Source: Octopus vulgaris (Eukaryota). Taken from it: a stretch of DNA of 64,000 bases. The stretch spans positions 29,946,001-30,010,000 of the forward strand of contig OX597814.1 of assembly GCA_951406725.2 (NCBI GenBank), in the 5' to 3' direction. The stretch's first letter is position 1. Each line of letters opens with the position of its first letter. Of this stretch, positions 40,461 through 55,058 are shown piece by piece. The notes beneath the pieces are model-generated. The model did no database searches, was not told the origin of the DNA, and saw nothing but the letters and a program-made list of their open reading frames with translations. The position numbers and the translations under genes are program-made.

Positions 40461-40896
40461 CATATTCTTGGTCCTATAAACATTGTCTCCTGACAATGTT
40501 ATAATAGATATTTTGCTAAAGGACAATATCTAGCAGTATAAATAAATCTTACCAGTATTGAAATGGTAATATCTAATTATCTATCTTATATTTTAGTAGT
40601 TAGTATAGTGTTGGAAATGTGGACAGCACTACATATTCTACAGTTCACAGTTATGTACTGTGATTTTGCTATTAAAATTCTACCTAAATTGACTTAGTAC
40701 AGAGTCTGTTGTTACTTAGCACCAACTCACCCTGATATTGGAAACTTTCAATAAAATCATTGTAGCAGTGACTGGCCATCATATCTTTTATTTCCAGACA
40801 TTATATCTAAGATTGTATTAATTAATACTGTCTTCCTATTTTTTTCTAATGGAAGATTTGGCTGCTATTTTTCACAAGTCAAATGACAGCTTAGAG

Positions 40897-41056
40897 TAGT
40901 GGTCTGCCACCTTTTTTCAGTTGTAGTACATGTATATTCTTTTCAAAATTCGGTAGTACACCTGAACTCAAAATATAACTAAAAGTATAGGGGAAAAAAA
41001 TTATCATCATCTTTTGGAACACCAGTGTGTCACGGTATACTGGTTGCAGAGCACTG
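40897..41056. mobile_element. hAT/Charlie-like MITE
   Basis: TAGTGGTCTGCCACC ... GGTTGCAGAGCACTG, with similar 8-bp flanks GCTTAGAG and TCCTAGAG. Confidence 0.55.
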
Positions 41057-41589
41057 TCCTAGAGACTCCTTTGTTGTTATAACATACTTAATATTCTTTT
41101 TTTTTGTGACATGACAGATTTTGCTGCTATTTCTAGCTGATCTGATCAAGTAACCACAGAGAGGTTACCTCTTTAAAATCTAGTCTTTAGATGGAATTTA
41201 AGTCTGAAACTTGCCCACATCAATCCACTATGTTTATCAACTAATCAGTTTTATACCCATATTGCCCTAATCACTTTGGTCATTCTCTCATTTCGATTTT
41301 TATCTAATTGCTCCTCCAAAGATGAAAACTAAGTTATACCACATTCATTTCCAAAATAATTGGATATATTGTTAGATATTTTTAGCAACCAGTATTGTTT
41401 TCTATAAAGTGATATTTACAAACACTAATATCTTTATATAATTTAATAATAAAAAATAATATACCATAACGTGGGTGTTGAAACAGGCTGTGCTCATCAC
41501 CATCATCATCATCATGATCATCATCATGATCATCATCATCACATTGTCATCACCACCTCTGCTGTTACCACCACCACCACCACCACCAC

Positions 41590-42640
41590 CACCATCATCA
41601 TTGTCATCATTTTACATATATTTTTCTATGCTTGAATGGGTTGGACAGGTCTTATTCAGCATAGTGTCTCACCACTTGTTGGAATCCATTGTCATCTTCC
41701 TGAACCTCAACTTTCATCACCTTTTCCCTGTGTCTTCGATGCCGCTGCCTCATCTGCAGGTTCTTTCCACCTGGATCACTTGGCATTCCTCAACTCAGCT
41801 GATACCCTCCATACACATTACGGGTCTTTGGCACCTCAGTCTTCTCTCTTGCACACATTTGATTCCTTGCATGGTTCTCATATATCATTCATCTATGCCT
41901 CATTTTCTGAACAACCACCAGACTACAGAGTATAATACTCTTGTCAAAGACCTTCTCCAGATCAACAAATACAAAGTATAGTGGCTTGCTCTTTGTTGAG
42001 ACTTTCTTCTGCAGGGTGCACTAGTAGCACTCTGTCCTGACACAAATCTGGTTTGCATCTCACAAGATAATTTTCTTCCTTATTTGTTGTACTATAATTA
42101 ACCCTTTTTTATTTCATAACTTGGTCCATTAATTTGATGCCTCTGTTGTTACTTCCTTCTAGAGCATTTCCTTTGCCTTTGTAGCAGTTGACGATAATAC
42201 AACTATGCTGGCAATAGTACATAGATATGTCATATTGTATCTGGTTCACTTTGTGAATGCCTAGCACATGTTCTGTTTGGTTGGATGCTTTTCACATCTC
42301 AATAACTATCCATGGTGGTCCAGTTTCTTTCCGTGCCTTCATTTTTTTATCACTCATTTTAACTGTATAGCTATGAATTTCAATAGGCAGTCCATTTTGT
42401 TGGTCTCCTTGGAATACTCTCTCTCTCTCTCATATGCATTCTTTTCATTCAGCAACTTGTTACAGTAACGTTTCCATACTTCCTTCCTCTTCGTGTCAAT
42501 GAGGTTGGTGTACTTTTATGATGATGAACCAACTTTTCATTAATGATGTCCTGATTTACACTAGCATACTCCTTAGCAATGCAGAACACTTCACACCTCT
42601 GTTACTGACAGTGTAAGTATTAGCAAACCTCTTGCATTCC
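41590..42640 (-). pseudogene. Highly degenerate RTE ORF2 remnant
   Basis: Minus strand near 42110-42210 reads IIVNCYKGKGNALEGSNNRGIKLMDQVMK, overlapping the start of the 26871 ORF. WKRYCNKLLNEKNA lies upstream. Confidence 0.75.
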
Positions 42641-42657
42641 ACTTCCCTTTTTATTAA

Positions 42658-43540
42658 CCCCTTAATGGATCAATTATTTTGACAAGGCGTTTCATTTCAG
42701 AGCATATTTTTTTTATTTCCTTTTTTAATTATATACACTGTGTTAATTACAAAAAAAAGTTTTTTTATCTTGTTTCCTTTATTTTTTATTATAGAAATTA
42801 AAATGTACTTTTACTCATTTAAACGAGTTAACTTGGACATTGAAAAAATACATATAACTTAACTATCTTCGATTTTTTATGTATTGCTCTTAAATCAAAG
42901 GAAAACTTTAAGAAAATGATATAGACAGTTTATTTAGAATGATAATTTTTAAAACAAGGAGTTACATATAAAGTAATCTTGCAGACATCGCATATGTATC
43001 TGCTTTTTCTTCGAATCGGACAAGCAATTGATTTCATGCCATGCACTTGCATCTGTCTGATTATCTTCTTTGTCATCTTTTGAAAAATTGTCAGAGTCTG
43101 AACTACACGTGTCTAATTCATCCCCAGAGCTTTCCAGATCATGAAATGAAAAATATGCCTTTCGTGATAGCTGAATATATCTAAATCTTCATCCATTTTG
43201 AGAAAAAAATGCACAAATAATTCTCTTATTTGTATAAATAATAGAGAATCAAAACGAGACAGTTTTAAAATGACACCAACCTCCTCCTGAATGGAGTATG
43301 CACTGAAGTAAAAGTTCAAAACTCAGAAGCATAAATTCTTTGAAATGGCACCAGAATATTTGCTGCCAGGCTTACGACAATGTGAGTATATTCGTGATTG
43401 CTCAAAAATGAAATGACACAAAACAAATAAACTCATTTGAGTGCTAAAATTAGAAGTTAATTTTGACCAAGTATATTCGTCTGGTTCTAAAAAGATACAT
43501 TTGCGATGCATGAGTAGACTCGGGATAATCCTTTAAGGGG
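42658..43540 (-). mobile_element. Internally deleted piggyBac transposon
   Basis: TTAA|CCCCTTAATGGAT ... ATCCTTTAAGGGG|TTAA. The minus strand encodes an acidic N-terminus (from 43196) next to RRKSRYICDVCKITLYVTPCFKNYHSK* (stop at 42930-42932). Confidence 0.8.
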
Positions 43541-44394
43541 TTAAGTATACCTGATAGCTACTGTCATTTTAGCTTCCTGGTATTTTTCTTTGTGCTACTC
43601 CGTTCTCCAGTTTGCATAAGTGACTCTGATATCATAAGGCATTGTGAATATAACCAGGCCTGTGAACTTGAATGTTACCTTGCAAAATAAATCGTACATG
43701 CTTAAGTGAAAGTATTCTATGTTTAAAATTGCATGGAAAATATGAAATATGAGCTGATAAGCATGTCAGTAGCCTATCTGTTTTTTCAAAATGTTATTTA
43801 TGTCATGGACTTGTGAAGAAAAGTGTCATTGGTTATAAATGCTAATAAATATTTCCTTGTTTGAACATATGCTTATATCATGTGTATGAATATGCATTCT
43901 CTTTCCTGCTATTAATGGCTTCAGCTAGTGCGCTATAGCTATGCCGGGATGATACTATAGAGGAAAAAATAACAGAACCACCTCGGTGAGATATAAGTCG
44001 TGTATTTATTATTTATGTAACAAATTTGTTACAAATTAAGATATAGATATTTTTCAAGTTGAGATATTCTTTCTAACATATAGACATATGTATATATTCT
44101 ATTTTAGAGTCTAATCTAGAGTCAGTCTTTCTGCTATTTAGTTTTTTATCTGAATCATTTTGACTTGGTGTACTTTATTTTTACCTTGTATATGGAGAAG
44201 TTTATTTTCTTATCCACACTCCTTGTCTCTCTGCCCTACTCATTTCTATCCACCTCATACTTTGAAAGTTCAACCTGACACCTATCCCAACTATTTTTAT
44301 TGCTTCCCAGCTCTACCCAATATTCTCACTTTCTCTTCTATAATGTGAATAGTCATGTAGCTCCTCTACAGCAAAAATCTTTTCTACTCTGGCC

Positions 44395-44657
44395 CTTCTC
44401 TCATGTGTTGACCCATCATCTCTTAGCATAATGCTTGCCTCTTTGGGTTCATAGTCATGTAATCTCACTAGTGCTGGTGGCACAAAAAAGCTCCTTGTGT
44501 ACACTGTAAAGTGATTGGTGTTAGGAAAAGGTCTCCAGCCATAGAAACCACATCAAACATTCCCTGGAGCATGATGCAGTTCTTAGGCCAATTGGATCCT
44601 GTCAAAGTGTCCAGTCCATGCCAGCGTGGAACATGGACATTAAATAATGATGATGAT
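44395..44657 (+). mobile_element. Older RTE 3' tail
   Basis: GTGCTGGTGGCACAAAAAAGC...GGTGTTAGGAAAAGG...(GAT)n. Confidence 0.7.
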
Positions 44658-45449
44658 AGCTAAGTGAAGAGGAAGGGCAGTGCCCATGATCTTATTCAGA
44701 GAAGTTATCCTTAGACTTCCTTAGACCAAAGACCTGGCTCAGATGTTTGCAAAAGAATGAATTCCACTGAAAGAAGAGCTGTTGCATGTTCTTCTTAAGA
44801 ATCCCTCTTTAAAGTTACTTTGGCACATTTTTAAAACCCAATTATTTGTTACTTATGCGTAGTTAATATTTTAATGTTTCCAGACTTTATGAGTGTGTAA
44901 CATTGTTAAAAGCCTTCTGGTAATCAATCCATGACATATACCAACCCCTCTTTCTCTCCCTCATCTTCAGTTATGGCTATGTTGATCAGTAACTGATCTT
45001 TACACTTCATTACATTCAAATGAGTGTTTGCAGTATCTCTTCCATTCTTCATTGTTTTTTTTTTATAGGTGTGCATTTAGTTTTTGTATAAGTACTACTG
45101 TTTAGATTTCCCATACCAGAGATATGAAGGTTTGCAGTTTTTTGTTGGGAGGAAAAGGTTTATTGATCTGTTAGTCTTGGAAATTAATTGTTTTGTTTTG
45201 TGTTTCACCAAGTCATTTAAATGTGGTTTTTTGCTTTTTCATAAGTCCTTAAATATTTTGTGTATCAGGTCATCCCATAAGTTCTGTCTGATTTTACCTT
45301 TTTTTAAAATTGAATGAAATTTAACAGTATTTTAGAATGTCAAATGGAATTAAAAATTATTTTTATGCATTTGTGTACATTTAAACTAATTAAATATTAT
45401 TTTACAGAATAATAGAATTGAAATTTCTTTGATTAAAACCCTTTCTAAC

Positions 45450-46478
45450 ATGGAAGTATCCAAAGAGCATTTAAGACACATAATGCTTTATGAATGCAAA
45501 AAGAGAAACTCTGCAGCCGAAGCAACTTGAAACATACACTCCGTTTATGGGAAAAAATGTTTGAATGAAAGAACTTTCAGAAGATGGTTTGCAAAATTCA
45601 GAAGTGGAGATTTCAGTCTTGAAGATGAAGATCGAACAGGACATCCAGTTGAGTTTGATGATAAGCTCCTTGAGGCATTACTTGCAGAAAATCTTGCATT
45701 ATCAGTTGAAGAATAGGCAATAAAGCTTAGTTCAAACCTTACAACTATTCATCGTCATCTTCAACAACTTGGAAAAGTTCCTAAACTTGGAAAATGGGTG
45801 CCTCATGAATTGTCCAAAAGCAACCACAAATCCTGAGCTGACATCTGCTCTTCTCTCCATTCTTGTGAACTTATTTCATCCTTTTTGTATAGACTAGTGA
45901 CTGGTGACGGAAAATGGATCTTCTATCGAAATGTTAAATGTTGTAAACAGTGGCTTGGTAAAAGGAAAAAAAACTCAGCCACAACCGAGAAGGGAACTTC
46001 ATGGGAAAAAGGTTCTTGTCTTTATCTGGTTGGATTGCAAAGGAGTAATTCACTTTGAATTGTTATCACCTAATGCAACAATCAATGCTCAAGTCTGTTG
46101 TCAGCAATTAGAGCGTTTGAACCAAGCTTTGAAGAAAAAAAAAGGCCCGCTTTAGTGAATCGGAAAGGAGTGGTGTTTCATCAGGACAGTGCATGACCCC
46201 ACTCTGCAAAGATCACATTACAGAAGATCGAAGAGCTTGTTTTGGAAAAAAATCCTCATCCACCTTATTCTCCCAACCTTGCTCCTTCAGACTACCATTT
46301 GTTTCGTAGTTTACAGAATCATTTGAGGAGACACAACTTTCACAAACCAGGAGAAGGTTGAAACTGATATTTCAGAGTTCTTCGCTTTGAAACCAAAAGA
46401 GTTTTACATTGATGGGATTTAAAAACTTGTAAATAGATGGAAGTCATAGATAATCAGGGAAAGTACATTGATGATTAA
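45450..46478 (+). pseudogene. Mariner DD34D transposase pseudogene
   Basis: MEVSKEHLRHIMLYE, WVPHELS, VTGD, HQDSA*PH, HPPYSPNLAPSDYHLF, with several stops and frameshifts. Confidence 0.93.
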
Positions 46479-46525
46479 ATTTCAATTAAATATAACATTT
46501 GATCACTTGTTTTCTTTATTTAAAA

Positions 46526-46923
46526 CTAGCAGTATCGCCTGGCGTTGCTCGGGTTTGTAAGGGAAATAACTATATAAGCCTTTTTAGAGAGTTATAGCCA
46601 AAAAATAGCAAAAAATGCATTAAAAATGGAAAAAAAATTATGGTAAATTTTTTTTTAAATCGTTGACTCATCGTAGACATTTTTAGAGATTTACTTCCCT
46701 TATATAATAGCGAAAAAAATGCATTAAAATGGAAAAAAACAATGGTAAATTTTTTTTTAAATCGTAGACTCATCGTAGACATGCGCTAATACCCAGAAGG
46801 GCTCGATATGAATCACGACTATAAGATACCCGGTTTTGGTTAAACTGCACCGCAAAATGTGGGAGTAGTTAGGAATCTAAATCGTAGGAGACAGACACAC
46901 AACTTCTCTTTTATATATAAAGA
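46526..46923 (-). mobile_element. Non-autonomous Helitron
   Basis: Minus strand A|TCTTTATATATAAAA ... CCCGAGCAACGCCAGG (hairpin) CGATACTGCTAG|T. No TSD. Second copy at 55605. Confidence 0.88.
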
Positions 46924-49900
46924 TTTGGACAGAACTTATGGGATGACCTGATATATGCATTAGCAATCATAGTAAGAAGATTGGAACTTTATAATTTCTG
47001 GGTACACTGTTTGTGGTCTTTAATTTTAATACCTTGATGCATTTAATTATGTTGCTATACATTCTGAGCTCAGATCCTGCCTAGATTGATTTTATCGTCC
47101 TTTCTTTTGGACTCACCTGAATAAATACCAACCAAATACACTGATAGATTCAATTGTCTACACTACACTTGACAAATTTTATGGTCTTTCTACTTAAGTC
47201 TGAAATCATCATCATCATCATCAAACATCAACCATCGTTATTAATATTATACCCTTTATAAATAACATAGTAAATATCATGCTAGTGTGACTTTTTATTT
47301 GAAAATACTCAATCTGTTATTAGAAAGATTGAGATAGCACTTAAAAAGATTTACAAGTAGGCTCTGAAGATGATACATACAGACAATTGCTGAGAAAATA
47401 GCAACAGTAATAAAAACATCTAGTATTTCTTGAGAATTTGTAATCAGATGGAGAATGAAGCATCATGTTATAAATCATCAGGATTCTTTCCATTTTTATT
47501 ATAGTGGTGCTTGAGAGAAATAGTCAGAATAAACAAAGAAAAATGATGTATGTAAAACAGTGATTTAGTGTAAAAAAATGCAAACCAACTAAATTATTAT
47601 AAATATCCTAAACTGTATACAAAAGATTATCCAGCCCACTGACCAAGCACTGGTTCATAGGTTGGTCATCTTTCTTTCCACATTTATGACCTTGTACCTA
47701 TGTTTAAAACCTAAATGAACATAATTTTTGGGAATCGTCTTGTATACTGGGTGGTGAATTGGTAAAGTCATTAGAGCTCCAGATGTATATATTCCAACTT
47801 GCCATGCTCTGAGTTCAAAACCCACACAAGTCGACTTTACCTTTTATCCTTTCAGGATTGATAAAAAAAGTACCAATCCAAGGTGGTAGACTGGCAGAAT
47901 TGTAAGGATATCAGAGCAGGTGCCTTATAGTATTTGTCTCTGATTTAACCAATTGTCCAATTTAACACCACTTTTTGGCACCTTGGGTGCTTCAGGGTTC
48001 ACTCTGTCACAAGTATTTGGGCCAGGTTTCCAGTTTCAGGGTACCATCCTCCCTCCTTCCTACTAGTCTTGGAGGTCCTGTAATGGATCATGGGTGCTGC
48101 TTTACCTCCTGATTAAATGGTAAAAAAAAAGATTAATATAAAATGTTCAAATTGTTGCTGTCACAAAAATGTTGATAAAATATAATTGCATCATACACTT
48201 TTAATTGTGAGCAATATATAGCTGATACTTGTTTGATCCAAGGTGATCTCTCTGCTGTTGCTCAACCTGGTGAAATCACAGCCAAATCTCCGTCAAAACA
48301 TATCCTAATATCTTAAGCACATTTTATAATGTTGTTCGAACATACAAAAAAATTATTTTGGCCATGCTGAAATGCCTTTGATTAGGACTAGTTTAGTACT
48401 GACTAGTAACAACAAATGGTAATTATTTTAGTTTGTTTCTGTATTTGGTTTGCAAGATTCTTGATGTGAATTCATGTGTTGAAACAAATCTTGTTGGGAG
48501 GGTCATTATGCCAATAAAAATTTATTGGTTCAATACCACTTCTTTATTTTACCAACTGACTAGCCAGTGGTTTGTTTAATGAGCTGACTGAACAATTGGT
48601 TGTTAGTTTTCTCTGTCAGAGTCCTTTTGTTGCTATTATTTTATTTATCTTGAAAGAATAAAGTTTCTCAAAGTAGGATTTGAACTCAAAATGTAAAGAG
48701 ACACAACTAAATACTGCATGGCAATTGGTTCAATACTCTGTCTATTCAGTTAATAAATCCCCCATAAATTATTTTTAGACACAGCATGTCTGTGAATCGG
48801 CATTTGTTGTTTAACCCCAAGTGAACTTGATTGAGCTTGTTCATGAATTCATTGAATGGTTTTCTAGATATGGCCTGAGTTGTTTGTAGTTCAGTCCAAA
48901 AGTTCCCTTGACTTTCTACTTTTACTAAAACACTGGTTGCCATACATCATCTTCCTGTACTTTATTTTCATATATTCTTATTAAATTATGCAAATTAAGT
49001 TAATTATTATTATCACTAATTCAATCACCAATTATTCTATTTTATTTTTGCCTGTTAATGACCTTATAGCATGATGAAGTAGAAATGTAAAGTAATTTTA
49101 ATTACTCTTGTGAATATGATGTTGTAATTTCTGATATTTCCATTGCCAAAAATCAGCAGCTTAATAACAATAAGTAATAATGAACAAATAGCAATTGGCA
49201 TTCAGAGTAATCATTGTCTCAAAAGAATACCAAGAAACAATTGACTGGGCAAGCCACCCTCTATCTATAACAAACATCTGTGGATAAACCAACAAGAGAA
49301 CCTCTATGTGGTTGCCTGATCTGCTAGAAACAGCAGTTACATTCTTTCAAATCTTACCTGAGCGTAGTAGAAAAGAACATGCTCGATGATGTGTGGCCCT
49401 GGGTTTCCTGCTCACAGGAAAGGAAAAAAAAAATAGGATAGGTATAGTTGGATTACCTTTACTTATAGGTCTGCTCAGTTAGGGTTGACTTGGCTAAACA
49501 ACAAACAACAATTGCCACCTGTGGAGTTTAGTTCAACCTTGATTTTAATTACCATCTCTTGATGTATGAACCTTACATCTTATTCCTCTCTGAAATACAG
49601 ATTTCTCTTCTTCAATCACTAAGCCACATCTGCTGTCCAGACTAAACTCAATGTTCTGTTTTTACTGAAAGTCAGTGTCTGCACTTATGTAGAATTCACT
49701 TAACTGTTGTCTCTACTCTTCTTTGAATTCCTCCAAATAACAGCAGTTTTCCCTGATTAAGATCTTCTTCAAATCACTTTCTCTAAAGTCAGTATCCTTC
49801 TCTTGTCTCTTGCATTATTTTCACTTGTAATTTCTTACATCAAGTAATATTTTCACCTATTCATTTTTATATGGGTTTAAATCATGTGAAGGTCAACTTT

Positions 49901-50199
49901 TGAGGTAAATAAAGTACTTGCCATGTATTAGGATTGGTTAGTGTGCACGTGTGTGTCTGTCTGTCTGTCCCTCTCTCTCTCACACACACATACACATACA
50001 CTGAAAATTGGTCCCATTGCAGAATATATGACTTGATAGGGCCATGATCCCATTGTAAAAAATAAAGCACCCCCAAAACCTATATGTAGCCAACAAAACT
50101 TGTAAAATATAAGCTGAAATGTCTACCATTATTTATCTATCATTATTTACTACCTTTCTCTTTGCTCTCATTGGTTTGTCTGTCCATTGCCTCTTCAAA

Positions 50200-50790
50200 G
50201 CAAAACATCTCATACCTTCCTACTGTAGTAGATCTCTCTAAATTTTCTGGTGCTTACACCTAACTGGTCATAGCCCTCCCAGTTCACTGCTGACTACCAT
50301 TCTGCTTCATCTCTGACCCACCAATAACACTTCCTCTCAATCCTCATATAACCAAACTTCACAACTTTCAACTTGTAGCTGCTCTGTAGTTGTACAAGTA
50401 TCTACAATTCCCTGTAAGACACCCATAAGAAAAGCAAAGAATGCTTTTATGCATTGCATAGTCTACCTCTAAAATTTCTAGGTCTCCAAGATTCCAGCAA
50501 GGCCTTCTGTGAGTCTCTACTAACACTCTCCTATCACAACTCTACTTGCCACTCATCACAACTCTGTAAATAATTTACAGTTTAAACCTTCATTTTTGTA
50601 TTTCACCCAACACAATCCACACAGCACACTAAGCTCAACCATTTTCTCCTAGAACTGCACCCTCTGGGGATTCTTTATTGCTTATATTTTCCTGCTGACA
50701 TTAATCTTCAGAAGTTCAAACCAAACATCAGCTGTATTGATCTCACCAATTTGAGAGAACCTGCAATGACTGCCATGTGTATTACCTTCC
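50200..50790 (+). pseudogene. Very degenerate CR1/Zenon-like LINE 3' remnant
   Basis: Near 50640-50745, FSPRT...IFPADINLQKFKPNISCIDL resembles the F.PRT..LWN.LP...FP...NL..FK terminus. Confidence 0.4.
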
Positions 50791-53700
50791 TTCCTCTCAG
50801 TTAATGTATTCATTTGCATATTTGATGAAAGCATAATTTTAACTATTACTAGAATATATGTCAGGGAGTATCTACATGGTTTCTTGACCTGCTAGAACAG
50901 CAGCCAATTTTTTTCTCAATATCATCCCATACTACCTTATATAAGAAGAAAAAACAAACGTTTATTGCATAGTCCTTTCGTACACCTACAAAGATGGCGT
51001 AATATCTGCTGGATTTGTTTTTAATTATTTTATAGATCTGGTGGATGTCAAGGTTTACCTAGGACAAAACTATATTGCTTTATTTAAACATTTATATAAC
51101 TCGTTTAATTTGTGCACATTTTTCTTTTATTGTTAAGGTTTACTGCTTTATATTTTTATAACACTGCTTATTTGATCTAAGTTTGATTTTGAAATGTGAT
51201 AGCTGTTAGGTCTTATTGACATTTAAGTTACATTACATATAAATCTCCATTCATCAGCATGTTAGTCTTTAAAACTATTATTCATCAGTCATCATTTGTT
51301 ATTCTTTAAAACTATTCAATTATTTTTGCCTCCACTGTACCAATAATTCTATTGTAACTGTTTTACAAAAACCTCCTGTACTCATTTAATGGTGTCGGTA
51401 TTAGGAAATGTTTGTTGAAGAAAAAAACAATAAAGTTTATAACAAGTCTTGAGTCTTGTAGCTGTTTTTGTTTCAAAATATTCTTGTTATATTGATCTAC
51501 ATTGATTAATATTACTAGGGCTAATATCTTATTCAGTGCTTTTAGATCTCTTGATATTAACTATCAGAAAACAATACAATTTTGTTTTCCTGAATTGCCT
51601 CAAATTTTATATAGGCTGATGTAAATATAAATGATAAATTTTTGAGTGAAGTTGTAAATTTGTTCTTAGACATAATGTTGCTTCTAGGTGGAGAAAAATC
51701 TATGCAGTGCTGTTGTATTATTGATTTAACTTCATACGTTCACAAATGGACGAAAATAGAAGGCAAATGGATAAATGGAATATTTTTGTCTGAAAAAAAG
51801 TGGATATGTATATTATTTTACATCTAATCAGATATCTGATTCATTATACATTTGACTTTAAAGTCTTATTTACTTATGCCAGTCATGTTCCACTAAAACA
51901 GAAAGGTGTGAATTCATAGTTGCTCAGCATAAATCTAAAAGCTTTACTGGAAAAGTGTTATTACATTCGTATGACACTTGACATTTATCTACTTCAAAAT
52001 ATTTCTTCTGTTTGAAAGATTGACACTAATGCAACACGATAAAAACAAAATAAAGCAAAACAAACATTGGTTTGAATTATTAAAAAAAAAAAAAAAAGAA
52101 AGAAAAAGAAAAACAAAAATCGGATTTTGATTTTGCTTGTTTCAGTCTCATTTTCTTATTTGGTATGGATTTGGTTAACATAAAATTGGTTTTCTTCATT
52201 ATAATGATTTTGCCTTTTGATTTGATACACATTTAGTATAGTTTTACAAGAAGGAAAACAAAAAAAAAAAAATGATTCTATTAAACTGACATGAAAGCTT
52301 AACATCCCAAGAGAGAGAGATAGAAATTGATGAACTCATTCATTCCTGAAAGCATTAATTAGACAATAATTGTAGCTGTTCTGACTAGAAATTGAAACAT
52401 TGTAGTGAATTTCATTTGTAAGAAATATTGTACAGTACATTTTATTTGGCAATACATTCGATGTTGTATTTAAAACTGTAGTCTTGTTAGTTCAGGAGTG
52501 ATTGATTGTCAAGTATGTTAATTAAAAAGAACATGTTCAAAAAGACTTTTATCACATTGTAGAAATGAACTAGTGTTTTACTTTGACATTAGAGCCGTTG
52601 AAAATTACAGCGCACTGGTAATTTGAAGGTTTTAATTTGAGGATATTTATTCAATGTTTATTTTAATTATTATAATTACAAATCATTAATTGTTAAAGTA
52701 TGACCCAAAAGGCATATTAACATGTCTCCTGAACCAGTTGATTTAATTCAAACATAAACAAACAGATAATATTCCTCAGTCTTATGACATTTAATGATTA
52801 AAATTAAATTATAGTTATCTAATTTAGTCGATATTAGTACTCTAAAGCCATCTGAATATCTTACTATTCAATTAATTTAATTTTTTTTTTTTCAATTTCA
52901 GAAACTTAGAAATTTATCAAAGGGACAATGTATAATGTCACTACTTTTTACTTTTGACCAAATTGATCTAGAGGCTTTTAGTTTTGAACTGCTTTTTGTA
53001 CATTTAGCTTCTTTTGAAGCTTCTAGATCTATTTTGAAATAATATCAAGAAACTTCTTCAAATAACCTTCATAATGTTTTTGAAAGCAATTCTCAAGAGT
53101 GGTGGGCGAAGGACAGAACCTTAATAGACACTTATCTGATTCTTAAATTCCTTTCACTATTCAATGAATTACTCCGCACTTTTAATCCCCACTCACAAAC
53201 AGTTTCCACCCCACTTTTAGTCCCTACATGCATTGTGGGAATACTTCTCTCACAATACATGTCAAGCTTATTCATTGCTTACTAAATTACAGAACATAGG
53301 GCTTTATAAAATGCCTTTTTGAGATTAAGAAAGTCAAGTTTAAACCATTTTCTTCTCCATGTTCTTTTGAAATAGTCTCAGTAGACATCTGAAACTTGCA
53401 GTTATTCATTGTCACACACACTCAATTTGTATTGTCTTCTTTACAGCTCTTGCATCAACCTTCTTTCATTATTTGGATCATTAAATTCCATTGTTTTGTC
53501 CATTAAGCTTGATCAATCAAATTTCATCATTAACTCCATTAATGTTTGGTTACATTAGATTTCATTGTTTAGTCCATCAATCTTTTGGTTCATTAAATTT
53601 AATTGTTTGATACAAGAAAGGTGAGTGGTAGAAATAGAGTAGTGACTTATCTGATTAAATGCTTTGTGATTGCTAAAGCTGACTTTCCTTTTCATATTTT

Positions 53701-54445
53701 ATGATGGTTAAAATAAGTACCATTTAGATACTAAAGTTGATTTTACTCAACTGTATCCTCCACTAGATTTTCTGGCCTTATATCTATGTTGAAAATCACT
53801 GATCCATTTTACTTTCTCCTATTTTCTTTGTTTTGTACAATCCACTTATGTTATAGTTTATAGTTTTTGTTACCTTACCAATTATCAGTAATACTATCTA
53901 GACATGGTGGTGGTGGTACTAAATCAGATGGTGAATTAGGTCTACCTCATAAGAACAGGAATAGTCACTGCAGCAATTTTTCTCCTCTAAAAAATTTCTC
54001 ACAGAAGACCTTGGGTGACCCAAGCTTTTTGCAGAAGACATTTTCCCATTGTGCTATGCAATGAAATCAATCAAACTTGATGCAACATACTAAGCAAGCT
54101 TATATAAGCCAAACAGCTACGTCTGCACCTGGTTACTGAAATAAGTTATGTTACTTCAGTCTGTTGAGTCAGCATTTCAGTGATTATCAAAGAAAATCTC
54201 ATGTTTTTTGTTTTTGAGATTCCAATATTATTCTGTAATTTCCTGTCTACATATGTTTCTTTTATAAAATCCAAAATATGTTGTTCAGAAGGAAAAAAAA
54301 ATCTTCATATAAAGCATATTATCTTTTCTTGAAATAAAATTGTCAACTGTCAAATGAAAATCTATGTAAAAATATCTTCAAAATATTTCTTATTTATTCA
54401 CATGTATGTATGTGTGTGTGTGTGTGTGTGTGTGTTTGTGTGTGT

Positions 54446-54708
54446 CATTATTCGGTTTATTTCAAGATTTATTTCCAATAGAGAAAGAACTGGTTTCTAA
54501 GTTAGATCCAAGGCTCCTTCACTGGAATTTCAACATCAACAACAGGGTATTTTTGTTTTTATATATGTATGTAGGTATGTATGTGCAGATTTGTATGTTT
54601 TATGTATGTATTCTCATGCATATAGTTGCATATCTAGAAATGCTCATATATATTTAAATGATAAACTTCTGGAAAGTTTTACAGATTTTTATAGTTCCAG
54701 TGATGGAT
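54446..54708 (-). mobile_element. Short 3' end of an RLE-type (R4/Dong-like) LINE
   Basis: Homologous to 54801-55100. Confidence 0.75.
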
Positions 54709-54800
54709 ATGTATGTATGTATGTATGCATGCATGCATTCACGCATGTATGTATGTATGTATGTATGTACGTATGTATGTATGTATTTACGTATGTATGT

Positions 54801-55011
54801 CATTATTCAGTTTTATTTCAAGATTTCTTGTCAATAGAGAAAGAACTGGTTTCTAACCTAGATCCAAGGTTCCTTCATTGGAATTTCAACATCAAAAACA
54901 GAGTATTTTGTATGTATGTATGTATGTATGTATGTATGTATGTATGTGTCCAGATTTGTATGTTTTGTTTTATGTATGAATTCTCATGCTTATAGTTGCA
55001 TATCTAGACAT

Positions 55012-55058
<47 letters not shown>

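Larger units (their letters stand above)
45265..46951 (+). mobile_element. Full-length mariner element (1289 bp excluding the nested Helitron)
   Basis: TA|TCAGGTCATCCCATAAGTTCTGTC ... GACAGAACTTATGGGATGACCTGA|TA, perfect 24-bp TIRs. Confidence 0.95.

Noticed and set aside
52870-52940. Polypyrimidine tract plus AG as a host exon acceptor (similar sites at about 234, 11139, 13333 and 17646)
   Set aside because: No convincing donor or recognisable peptide. Micro-exons cannot be excluded without RNA-seq.
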